From Dehalococcoidia bacterium (GTDB lineage Bacteria > Chloroflexota > Dehalococcoidia > GIF9 > UBA5629), in assembly GCA_034429855.1 (NCBI GenBank), contig DAOUFT010000073.1:4961-68960 (forward strand): a DNA stretch of 64,000 bases. The letters are read 5' to 3'. Each line of letters begins with the position of its first letter. Position 1 is the stretch's first letter. A program made the position numbers and the translations under genes. The notes under the pieces were generated by a model that worked only from the letters and a program-made list of their open reading frames with translations, was not told the DNA's origin and searched no databases. Shown here piece by piece: positions 19,139-28,225 of the stretch.

Positions 19139-20488
19139 TTACCTGTAAATGCCGAATGCTGTAACAAAAGCCTGCCGGCTATTCTGTATGTCCTTTTCGG
19201 TCATGACGCCCGACATATAGACATGTCCGGGCAGCACCACTGCGCCCGGATTGCCCAGCAGCAGCCCCAGCCTGATCATCAGGTCGAACTCGTAGACCTC
19301 CAGCACCTGGCTCATGTCGAACTTTCCGTTCAGGCCGAAGTGCACGATGCTGTAGATGGCGTGGGCCGAGACGTCCATCTTCAGCTCGGCTGCCACCTCG
19401 TTGATCAGTTTGGCCAGGTCTGCGGCCCGCTCGACGGAGTTCTGAATGTAGTTGCCTTTCTCAAGCTCCTCAATGAAGGCGATGCCGGCCGCCATGGCCA
19501 GCGGGTGTGCGCAGAACGAGCCCATGGGGAAGAGCGGTCCGAAATGCTCGGCCCTGGGATCCAGCGCGCCGACCACCGACATCACGTCCTCGCGTCCTCC
19601 CACCGCTCCGATGGGTATGCCCCCGCCGACCGGTTTGCCCAGGCAGGTAAGGTCCGGCTTTATGCCCAGCAATTGCTGTACCCCGCCGATGGCCACCCTG
19701 AAACCGGTGGCCACCTCATCGAATACCAGCAGGACGTTATATTTGGTCGTCAGTTCGCGCAGCTGCTGCTGGAAGCCCTCGGCAAGCGGTGTGCCACCGG
19801 ACGAAGCGCCCAACGGCTCCAGCACGATGGCTGCTACCTGCTCCTTGTTGTCCTTAAGTGCCTTCTCCACGATGCCTATATCGTTGGGAGGCAGGTTGAT
19901 CAGGTTGTCCCAGTGGTTGTTGGGTATGCCCGCCGTGAAGAGTGTGCCTGAGCCGGCCGCCAAAGCATCGTAAGACAATACACCGTTCCAGCCGTGATGA
20001 TGGCCGGCGAACTTTATGATCTTGTTTTTACCCGTGAAGGCCCTGGCGATCTGACAGACAAGCTCGGTGGCCTCATTGCCTGAATTAACGATTTTTATTT
20101 TCTGGATGGACGGGTAATGCTGCATCACCTTCTGCGCCCACCTGGTGGCCAGCTCCTCGCACATCTCCAGGTGGAAACCGTATTTGTCCAGCGTCTTATC
20201 GATGGCCTTGCGAATGGCGGGCGCCTTGTGCCCTATATAGGAGATGCCTTGGTCGATGAACATATCTATATACTCGTTTCCGTCCACGTCGTAAAGGCGG
20301 GAACCTTTGGCGCTGTCTATGAAGAGAGGATACGGCCTGTGCCAGATCATGTAGGCGGGTGCGCCCATGGGCACTATGAACCTGCGGGATTCCTCGTTGA
20401 GTTTCTTGGATTTAGGGGTTTTCTTCTCGTATCTGGCTATGACTGCCTTGTATTTCTCATCACTCAGTTTCGGTATGCTCATTTTCAC
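19139..20488 (-). CDS. Class-III PLP aminotransferase / aminomutase, HemL (GSA aminomutase)-like paralog
   Basis: SGNEATELVCQIARAFTGKNKIIKF ... FDEVATGFRVAIGGVQQLLGIKPDLTCLGKPVGGGIPIGAVGGREDVM. This is closely parallel to the hemL product in this window. Confidence 0.8.
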   Translation of the reverse strand: MKMSIPKLSDEKYKAVIARYEKKTPKSKKLNEESRRFIVPMGAPAYMIWHRPYPLFIDSAKGSRLYDVDGNEYIDMFIDQGISYIGHKAPAIRKAIDKTLDKYGFHLEMCEELATRWAQKVMQHYPSIQKIKIVNSGNEATELVCQIARAFTGKNKIIKFAGHHHGWNGVLSYDALAAGSGTLFTAGIPNNHWDNLINLPPNDIGIVEKALKDNKEQVAAIVLEPLGASSGGTPLAEGFQQQLRELTTKYNVLLVFDEVATGFRVAIGGVQQLLGIKPDLTCLGKPVGGGIPIGAVGGREDVMSVVGALDPRAEHFGPLFPMGSFCAHPLAMAAGIAFIEELEKGNYIQNSVERAADLAKLINEVAAELKMDVSAHAIYSIVHFGLNGKFDMSQVLEVYEFDLMIRLGLLLGNPGAVVLPGHVYMSGVMTEKDIQNSRQAFVTAFGIYR

Positions 20489-20666
20489 CCCCCTTTGTCC
20501 GTCCGGCCCAAGATGGCCCTGCAGGTGGCGGACTCCGTCATTTTAATCCACGGTGTTACAAAAAACAACTTTTTTGTATAAATTGTTTAGCTCCAGCTAC
20601 GGCGTCAGTATTGTGCTGCTCCTTCGGCTGAGTTATACTTACCATAACGCGCGATGTGAGAAGTTG

Positions 20667-21452
20667 ATGGAAATAGGAGATCAAAAGAAGAAGTCCACCG
20701 GGCACAAGTTCAGCCATCGCTGGTTGATGAATCTGTTAAAACAGGTCAGGTCGGGTGATCTATCTCTACAGGATGCCGTCGGGCAGCTCAGCGTCCTGCC
20801 TTACGAAGATATGATGCATGCCAAGCTCGATCACCACCGCAGTTTGCGCACTGGCTTTCCCGAGGTAGTCTACGGGCCGGGCAAGACGCGCAGACAGGTG
20901 GTGGATATAACAGAGAGATTGGCGGCACGTTCGGACAGGGTGCTCATCACACGAGTAGAGGACGATGTGTTCAGGGCTGTTAAAAGAAAATTGCCGGATG
21001 CCGTATATAACACGCAAGCCCGGGCCATAATCGTAGACCGCACGGAGAAAAAGACGGGTAAACCGGGTATTACCATCGTAACAGGAGGAACAGCGGATAT
21101 ACCGGTAGCCGAGGAAGCTGCTGTAACAGCGGAAATGATGGGCAACAAAGTTGAGCGTATCTTTGATGTAGGAGTGGCCGGCATCCATCGTCTTTTCGAT
21201 CATTTGGAGCAGATCAGAAGCGCCAGGGTGATCGTGGCGGTGGCTGGTATGGATGGAGTGCTACCGGCAGTGCTGGGCGGGCTGGTGACCTGTCCCGTCA
21301 TCGCGGTGCCCACCAGCGTCGGCTACGGGGCCAATTTTGAAGGCATCGCACCCCTACTGACCATGCTCAACAGCTGCGCGCCGGGTGTTGCAGTGGTGAA
21401 TATCGACGGGGGGTTCAACGCCGGCTATCTTGCCGGACTGATTAACAGATGA
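20667..21452 (+). CDS. larB: LarB, nickel-pincer nucleotide biosynthesis carboxylase/hydrolase (PurE-like)
   Basis: PurE-like GITIVTGGTADIPVAEEA ... VIVAVAGMDGVLPAVLGGLVTCPVIAVPTSVGYG. The ATG was confirmed at 20667. The track ORF is extended upstream. Confidence 0.8.
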   Translation: MEIGDQKKKSTGHKFSHRWLMNLLKQVRSGDLSLQDAVGQLSVLPYEDMMHAKLDHHRSLRTGFPEVVYGPGKTRRQVVDITERLAARSDRVLITRVEDDVFRAVKRKLPDAVYNTQARAIIVDRTEKKTGKPGITIVTGGTADIPVAEEAAVTAEMMGNKVERIFDVGVAGIHRLFDHLEQIRSARVIVAVAGMDGVLPAVLGGLVTCPVIAVPTSVGYGANFEGIAPLLTMLNSCAPGVAVVNIDGGFNAGYLAGLINR

Positions 21453-22282
21453 AGTCACGGAAATTGAGTGTTGAAAGCAAAACACCGGATAAAGTCGCTC
21501 ACCTGGAAAGCATTATAGATAGAATGGGCTCCGCTATGGTAGCGTATTCAGGAGGGGTGGACAGCACGTTTTTATCCGTCACTGCTTTCGAAATTCTTAA
21601 GGACAAGGTGCATATCGTTCTGGCAAAATCCCCACTGATGGAGCTGGAAGAATTCAACGCGGCAAAAAATCTGGCAACTTCGCTCAAATTGAATCTAACT
21701 GTGATAGAGTTCAACCAGCTCGATATTCCGGACTTCGCGGTCAACAACAAGGACAGCTGCTATCACTGCAAGTTGAATATGCTTGGTATATTGAATGAGA
21801 CTGCCCGGGCAAAGCATATAAGATACGTGTGCGATGGGACCAACTACGATGATCTCAGCGATTTTCGACCGGGCCTGGTTGCCATAGCTGAGCTCGGTGT
21901 ACGCAGCCCGCTGGCGGAATCTTTTCTGACCAAGCGGGAGATAAGGTCTCTTGCCAGAAAAAAAGGACTTTCGAACTGGCAGAAACCGGCTAATCCCTGC
22001 CTGGCCACCAGGATACCTCATCGCACACCTATCACGCATGATATCCTCCGTCAGGTGTCGGCAGGCGAGTCTTTTATCAGAGGACTTGGGATCGAGCATG
22101 TCAGGCTGAGGCATCACAGTAACATGGCCAGGATCGAGGTGGACCAGAAAGGATTGGCCAGGCTTATAAAAAAGGACAACCGTCAGGCTGTCGTCGACAC
22201 GCTCAGGAAACTCGGCTATAAGCATGTAACGCTCGACCTGGCGGGCTATCAGATGGGAAGCATGAACCGGCAGACCTCATGA
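21449..22282 (+). CDS. larE: LarE, ATP-dependent sacrificial sulfur transferase (PP-loop ATP pyrophosphatase)
   Basis: PP-loop VAYSGGVDSTFL. ATGA overlap with larB. Confidence 0.8.
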   Translation: MKSRKLSVESKTPDKVAHLESIIDRMGSAMVAYSGGVDSTFLSVTAFEILKDKVHIVLAKSPLMELEEFNAAKNLATSLKLNLTVIEFNQLDIPDFAVNNKDSCYHCKLNMLGILNETARAKHIRYVCDGTNYDDLSDFRPGLVAIAELGVRSPLAESFLTKREIRSLARKKGLSNWQKPANPCLATRIPHRTPITHDILRQVSAGESFIRGLGIEHVRLRHHSNMARIEVDQKGLARLIKKDNRQAVVDTLRKLGYKHVTLDLAGYQMGSMNRQTS

Positions 22283-23493
22283 TTAAATCAGGTAATTATA
22301 TGGGTAGACCAGCCTACTTCGACCTTTACGCCGGATGCAGTGGCGATATGATACTGGGTGCATTGCTGGACGCCGGCCTGTCCAATGTAGAACTGGAGAA
22401 AGAACTCAGTAAGCTTTCTCTGGACGGTTACAGGATTAAGTCCGAGAAGGTCAAGAGAGGTGCGCTTCGTGCAACCCGGGCACGGGTGATACTGGACGAT
22501 AGTGTAAAACAACCCGAACGATGTTATAGCGATATAGTGGATTTAATCGTGGGCAGCAGGCTTGGTGATGGGCTAAAAAAGAAGGCGCTGGCCATTTTTC
22601 GCAACCTGGGCGAGGTGGAGGCCAAAATGCACGGAGTCAAGCTGGATAAGGTGCATTTCCATGAGATCGGAGCGGTTGATTCTATAATTGACATTGTGGG
22701 CGTTGTCATCGGTTTGAACCTGCTGGGTATAGAGCGTTGCTATGCATCACCTTTTCCACTAACGGAGGGAAACGTCGAGTGCCGTCACGGCGCCCTGCCG
22801 TTGCCAGCGCCGGCTACCGTAGAGCTCATTGCTCGTGTTAGGGCGCCCGTAGTTAAACCGCGCCATGCTGCTATGCAGGGAAAGGAGCTGGTCACACCGA
22901 CCGGTGCTGCAATTCTAACTACGCTGGCTGAATTCAGCCGGCCTTTTTTAAACTTGGAGAAGGTGGGCTACGGAGCTGGCAGCAAAAATGCCGCTGAATA
23001 TCCCAACGTCATGTGTCTGTGGATAGGTTCATCATTCGGCCATGATGTCAGTGAGGACATGGTGCTACTGGAGACGAACATAGATGATATGAACCCGCAG
23101 ATTTACGACTATGTTATGGAGAGGCTGTTCGCACAGGGTGCGCTGGACGTATGGTTCACGCACATACAGATGAAGAAGAACCGTCCTGCCGTGATGCTGA
23201 GCGTGCTCTCTCCTGCTTATGCGGAGACGGAGATGGCGGAGACCGTAATGCGGGAGACCTCCACGCTGGGTATAAGGGTCCGGCCGGTATACAGACATAT
23301 CGCAGGCCGTGATATAGTCGAATTCAAATCAAGTTACGGCATGGTCAGGGTAAAGGTAAAGCGATTCGCGGAAGAGATAGTCAGTATTGCCCCGGAATAT
23401 GACGAATGCAGGAAGATCGCAGCTGAGCACGGTGTTCCCTTGAGGGAAGTTTACCGGACTGTTGAGGCTGAGGCGCGCAAGCTGATTAAATAG
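22279..23493 (+). CDS. larC: LarC, nickel insertase for the NPN cofactor (DUF111)
   Basis: YFDLYAGCSGDMILGALLDAG ... VHFHEIGAVDSIIDIVG. ATGA overlap with larE. Confidence 0.8.
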   Translation: MIKSGNYMGRPAYFDLYAGCSGDMILGALLDAGLSNVELEKELSKLSLDGYRIKSEKVKRGALRATRARVILDDSVKQPERCYSDIVDLIVGSRLGDGLKKKALAIFRNLGEVEAKMHGVKLDKVHFHEIGAVDSIIDIVGVVIGLNLLGIERCYASPFPLTEGNVECRHGALPLPAPATVELIARVRAPVVKPRHAAMQGKELVTPTGAAILTTLAEFSRPFLNLEKVGYGAGSKNAAEYPNVMCLWIGSSFGHDVSEDMVLLETNIDDMNPQIYDYVMERLFAQGALDVWFTHIQMKKNRPAVMLSVLSPAYAETEMAETVMRETSTLGIRVRPVYRHIAGRDIVEFKSSYGMVRVKVKRFAEEIVSIAPEYDECRKIAAEHGVPLREVYRTVEAEARKLIK

Positions 23494-23497
23494 CAGC

Positions 23498-26400
23498 TTA
23501 CCATGGATCGATAAACGTGCGTCCGGATGCCTGCGGAATTTTTTTCTGAACCGAGTCAAGGCTGCGCATGATCCAGCGGCGTGTCTCGGCCGGATCGATC
23601 ACGGCATCGATTTCCATGTAGGATGCCATATTCAAGCCCTTGCCCATGGCGTAGGCCTGCTCGACGAAAAATTTGTAGGTCGCCTCTCGCTCAGCAGGGT
23701 CCTTTATTGCTTCGAGCTCTTTTTTAAAGCCGTGTTTGACTGCTCCTTCCAGACCCATGCCCCCGAACTCTCCGGTCGGCCACGCAATTGTAAAAAATGA
23801 ATCATGAAAGCTGCCCGCCGCCATTGCCATGGCGCCCAAACCGTATCCCTTGCGGAGAACGATGGTGAAGTATGGGACTGTCATATGAGATCCGACTACG
23901 AACATGCGACAGACATGTCGCACCTGCGCTCGTTCCTCAATCTCAGGCCCGACCATGAATCCCGGTGTATCGCATAGTGATAGTACGGGAAGGCGATGCA
24001 CATCGCACAGCTGAAGAAAGCGTGCTGCCTTATCGGCGTCGTCTGCCTCTATGGCTCCTCCCATATGTCTGGGATCATTGGCGATCAGGCCGAACGGCCT
24101 GCCCTCGATACGCACCAGTGCTGTAATCATACCGGTTCCGAAACGCGGCCTCATCTCCAGCACGGACCCTGTATCCGCCAAACCTTCTATCACCTTCCTG
24201 ACATCATATACCCTCAGCCTGTTCTCAGGTATCAGCCAGCGCAGTTTGCGCTGGTCGGCGGATTTCCAGGAGGCGATCGGTCCCTGGAAATATGACAGGT
24301 ATTTTCTGGCAACCGATACTGCCTCAGCCTCATTGGCGACCTCTATGTCCACCACGCCGTTACGAGTTTGAACATCGATGGGGCCGATATCGTCGACTTT
24401 AACAACCCCCAGCCCTCCTCCTTCGATCATGGCAGGGCCTCCCATGCCGATATTGGATCCTCGGGTGGCGATAATAACATCACAGCAGCCCAGCAGGGAT
24501 GCATTGCCGGCGAAGCAGGCGCCCTCCACTATACCGATGAGGGGCACCTTCCCGCTCAAAGCCGCAAAACGGCTGAAGGTTGTGAGATCAAGCCCGGCCA
24601 CCACGTTGGCATCGGTGTCGCCCGGACGGCCGCCACCCCCCTCGGCAAATAAAACGATTGGGAGATGCCATCGATCGGCTATGTGCAGCATCCGATCCAT
24701 CTTCTTGTGGTTGAAAAGACCCTGTGTGCCGGCCAGTACGGTGAAATCGTAGGCCAGTACCATGCAGCGTGACCTGGCTTCGTCGAATAGATTGCGGTTT
24801 ACGGTGCCGATTCCCGTGATAAGACCGTCGGCGGGCGTTTTCCTGATAAGCTCGTCCAGCGGACGCCGGCCGCGCTGGGCAGCCACGATCAGAGCACCGT
24901 ACTCGATGAAGCTGCCGGGATCGCACAGGTCATTCACATTCTCGCGCGCCGTGCGCTGGTTCTTCCTGCGCCTCTTGGCAACAGCTTCGGGACGGCGCTC
25001 ATCCAGTGTGAAAGAATGCCTTTCTATCACCTCGGCAAGATCGGGACGGATAACGTCAAGGTCGGGTTCGCTTTCAGTGGTCTTGATATCGGCGTTGACC
25101 TCGGCTTCCTCCAGGAAAAGCAGGGGCGATCCGGCCTTCACGCTTTCATTCAGTGAAACGCTGATCGCGCGCACATATCCGCTGCAAACCGCCGTAATGA
25201 CATGTTCCATCTTCATGGATTCCAGTACGACTAATTTCTGGCCGGCTGTTACAGCATCTCCCTCGATGACCTCGATATCCACTACGCACCCTTGCATGGG
25301 CGCTTTCAGTGGTATGGTTCCTGGAGGCGCCGGGTGCTGCTCAAGCTCGGCTTGAGCTGACCGTACAGACCGGTCGCTGGAGAAAAAACGCTCTTGCCAT
25401 TTATCCTGCATCAGTGCCAGAGCATTGGCATTGTCTTCAATGAAACGCGTATGGATATCGTTATTTTTCACTTCTTGCCTGGATAACAGGTTTATCAGGA
25501 ATGGTATATTCGTTTCTACGCCCTCTATGCGGAACTCCTGCAGTGTTCGCTGCATTCGTACAACCGCATCCTGATATTTATCTGAACGAGAGGTGATAAT
25601 CAATTTAGCCAGAAGTGAATCGAAGGCAGGATTGATGGTATAGCCGCTGTAGCCGCAGCCATCCACCCTTATGCCCGGCCCGGATGGTGCCTCATAGACG
25701 CCGATCCGCCCTGCCGAAGGTATCACATTGCCGGCATGATCTATGCGTTCCAGATTGATGCGCGCCTGCAGAGCGTAAATACGAGGATGAGGCCAGTCAT
25801 GCACAAGGCCAAGTTCCGGCAGTGTCTTACCTGCGGCTATCTCTATCTGTGCCCTGACAAGGTCGATGCCGGTAACTTCTTCCGTTACGGTGTGTTCAAC
25901 CTGCAATCTGGGATTGGTTTCCAGAAAGGCAAATAAAGGTTTGCTGCCGGATGAGCGGTCGACCAGGAATTCGAAGGTGCCGAGGCTGATGTAATTTACG
26001 TGCCTTGCCATCCTCAGAGCTGCCCCTGTTAACTCAGCACGCAGTTTGGTGGAAACCGAAGGGCTCGGTGAGACTTCGATCAGCTTCTGGCCGCGTCTTT
26101 GCAGAGTGCATTCGCGTTCTCCCAGATGAATTACCTGTCTACCGTCGCCGATTACTTGTACCTCGATATGCCTGGCCTGCGGCATATACTGCTCAATATA
26201 TACGTCCCCGCACCCGAAAGCCTTAGCAGCCTCCGACCGGCAAAGGTTATAGGCTTCTTCCAGGTCATCCAGCCTGTAGACGGGACGAATTCCGCGGCCT
26301 CCTCCCCCCTTTACCGCCTTCACGACAACTGCTGCATCGTGACCCAGTGACACAAAAAAATCCAATGCTTCTTTAAGTGTGATCGGTCCCCCGCTGCCGG

Positions 26401-26794
26401 GCATCACTGGAACGCCGCATTCTCCTGCTAAATTGCGCGTGCGTGCCTTGTCCCCGAACAGTTTTAACGTTTTTGCAGACGGCCCGATGAATGCAAGATT
26501 TGCCTGCGCGCAAAGTTGCGCAAAATCGGCGCTCTCGCTTAGAAAACCGTAGCCTGGATGCACGGCATCGCATTCGGCATCAAGTGCCAGGGAAATAATC
26601 TGCTGCTTGTCCAAATAGGCGCCCGCCCCGCTCCCCATTAAAGCATAAGATTTGTCGCCGGCCAGCACGTGCAGTGATTCTGCATCGTCCTGGGAATAAA
26701 TGGTGATTGCCTGGATGCCCAGATCGGATGCCGCCCGTGCTACCCGTATTGCTATCTCACCCCGATTGGCGATAAGTATTCTGTGAAATTTCAT
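23498..26794 (-). CDS. Single-chain multidomain acyl-CoA carboxylase (biotin carboxylase + BCCP + carboxyltransferase in one polypeptide)
   Basis: The N-terminal BC domain has HRILIANRGEIAIRVARAA, the ATP-grasp fold and GYGFLSE. The BCCP domain has VVLESMKMEHVITA, the biotinyl-lysine motif. The C-terminal ~500 aa is an acyl-CoA carboxyltransferase beta-like domain (VLFAEGGGGRPGD ... FAGNASLLGCCD). Length is 1098 aa. Confidence 0.85.
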   Translation of the reverse strand: MKFHRILIANRGEIAIRVARAASDLGIQAITIYSQDDAESLHVLAGDKSYALMGSGAGAYLDKQQIISLALDAECDAVHPGYGFLSESADFAQLCAQANLAFIGPSAKTLKLFGDKARTRNLAGECGVPVMPGSGGPITLKEALDFFVSLGHDAAVVVKAVKGGGGRGIRPVYRLDDLEEAYNLCRSEAAKAFGCGDVYIEQYMPQARHIEVQVIGDGRQVIHLGERECTLQRRGQKLIEVSPSPSVSTKLRAELTGAALRMARHVNYISLGTFEFLVDRSSGSKPLFAFLETNPRLQVEHTVTEEVTGIDLVRAQIEIAAGKTLPELGLVHDWPHPRIYALQARINLERIDHAGNVIPSAGRIGVYEAPSGPGIRVDGCGYSGYTINPAFDSLLAKLIITSRSDKYQDAVVRMQRTLQEFRIEGVETNIPFLINLLSRQEVKNNDIHTRFIEDNANALALMQDKWQERFFSSDRSVRSAQAELEQHPAPPGTIPLKAPMQGCVVDIEVIEGDAVTAGQKLVVLESMKMEHVITAVCSGYVRAISVSLNESVKAGSPLLFLEEAEVNADIKTTESEPDLDVIRPDLAEVIERHSFTLDERRPEAVAKRRRKNQRTARENVNDLCDPGSFIEYGALIVAAQRGRRPLDELIRKTPADGLITGIGTVNRNLFDEARSRCMVLAYDFTVLAGTQGLFNHKKMDRMLHIADRWHLPIVLFAEGGGGRPGDTDANVVAGLDLTTFSRFAALSGKVPLIGIVEGACFAGNASLLGCCDVIIATRGSNIGMGGPAMIEGGGLGVVKVDDIGPIDVQTRNGVVDIEVANEAEAVSVARKYLSYFQGPIASWKSADQRKLRWLIPENRLRVYDVRKVIEGLADTGSVLEMRPRFGTGMITALVRIEGRPFGLIANDPRHMGGAIEADDADKAARFLQLCDVHRLPVLSLCDTPGFMVGPEIEERAQVRHVCRMFVVGSHMTVPYFTIVLRKGYGLGAMAMAAGSFHDSFFTIAWPTGEFGGMGLEGAVKHGFKKELEAIKDPAEREATYKFFVEQAYAMGKGLNMASYMEIDAVIDPAETRRWIMRSLDSVQKKIPQASGRTFIDPW

Positions 26795-26969
26795 TGAAGG
26801 TCCAGTCAGGTATTTCCAACCTCCACTCAGATATAAAAGTATAGCAGAGCTGTCAATGAAAAAGCCGGTAGACTATTTGGTGATGGAGTCGACCTCAATC
26901 GCGGTTATAGGCGTTAGCACCTTCTACCAAGCGACTCTCGCTAAGATTTACCGACACTCGCTGGCCTGT

Positions 26970-28217
26970 CTACAAACTAATGATATCCGACGGATTGTCC
27001 ACGGCAAGAAATAGGAGCAAGTATTCTTTGACATGCCTGGTTATCAGAAAGTTCTGTTTGACGTGCTCATGGCCGTTTCTACCCAGCCAGGCCGCGTATT
27101 CTGGGTTGCTCAGCAGCTGTTTGAGGGCATAGGCTGCTCCATCGACGCTGTGGCAGAGAAGTCCCGTAACCTTGTTCCTCACTTGCTGAGGTATGCCGCC
27201 CACAGCGGTGGCAACCACCGGCTTGCCTTTCCATAAAGCCTCGCTGATGGTCAGGCCGAAGCCCTCCTTGAGCGATTTCTGAAAAACCACCGTGGCGGCC
27301 CTCTGCAAAGCGTTAATCTCTAGGTCACTGCCCGGGGGAATGGCGAGTATTTTTATGTCTTCATCATTGCCGGCACATTCCCTCACATCTTCCAGCACAC
27401 GGGTCGACTCCGGATCATCCGTGGCGGTTCCACCTGCCAGCACCAGCTGGCAATCGATGCCTTTCCTGACCATTCTGAATGCCTGAATGACTCCCACGGG
27501 ATCTTTTAAGTAATCGAACCGTGAGATTTGAACCACCATCGGCTTGCCGTTGTCCAACCCGTATTTATTTAGCACTGACTGTATCTCCGATTGCGACATC
27601 TCACGGTTTTTATTGCTCAGTGGATCTATGGAAGGGGAGATCAGATATTGTTTGACCGGAAGTTGCTGGGAGAATTCGGGGGCGGAGAATACTGTGGCAT
27701 CGTATTCCACAATGTATTTCCTGAGGAAATTCCATACCTCTTTGTCCGGATGCGAAACGTCGACATGGCAGCGCCAGATCCAATCACCGCCGGATGATTT
27801 TTTTCTCTCAATCAGCATAATCGGTTGCGGATCATGAATGTAGAATATGTCGGCATCCAGCGCCATTTTTTCATTGTTCCTGCGGCTTGTCTCGACAAAG
27901 ATGTTCAGGTCATCTTTGGTGAATGTTTCTTCCTGGCCGTGAAGGGCATTGTGAAATTTTTTCGTGACATTGAAAAATTCCTCATCACCCTCAATTACAT
28001 CCCAGGATGCATCGACTCCCAGCTGTTTCAACAGCGGAACCATGCGCGCGAGAATCTCCGCCACCCCGCCGCCCGAGAAGGTGGAATTTACATTTTGCAC
28101 CTTTCTGCCGGCTAAATGAGAACCCAGGATCTTCAGTTCATCGATTATGTTCTTGCCTACAATCGGCTGGTAATCCTCCAGCCTGTTTTTATACCGGTTG
28201 ATTATCGCATTATCCAT
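26970..28217 (-). CDS. GT4 glycosyltransferase, trehalose glycosyltransferring synthase (TreT)-like
   Basis: NVNSTFSGGGVAEILARMVPLL ... FFNVTKKFHNALHG ... IHDPQP ... WIWRCHVD ... SIDPLS ... QISRFD ... EGFGLTISEALWKGKPVV. The context is otsA, otsB and mscS. Confidence 0.6.
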   Translation of the reverse strand: MDNAIINRYKNRLEDYQPIVGKNIIDELKILGSHLAGRKVQNVNSTFSGGGVAEILARMVPLLKQLGVDASWDVIEGDEEFFNVTKKFHNALHGQEETFTKDDLNIFVETSRRNNEKMALDADIFYIHDPQPIMLIERKKSSGGDWIWRCHVDVSHPDKEVWNFLRKYIVEYDATVFSAPEFSQQLPVKQYLISPSIDPLSNKNREMSQSEIQSVLNKYGLDNGKPMVVQISRFDYLKDPVGVIQAFRMVRKGIDCQLVLAGGTATDDPESTRVLEDVRECAGNDEDIKILAIPPGSDLEINALQRAATVVFQKSLKEGFGLTISEALWKGKPVVATAVGGIPQQVRNKVTGLLCHSVDGAAYALKQLLSNPEYAAWLGRNGHEHVKQNFLITRHVKEYLLLFLAVDNPSDIISL

Positions 28218-28225
28218 ATTATTCT

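Noticed and set aside
26795-26969. 175-bp gap between the carboxylase gene and the TreT-like gene
   Set aside because: It is the promoter region of the carboxylase. No repeats, palindromes or RNA-like structure stood out.
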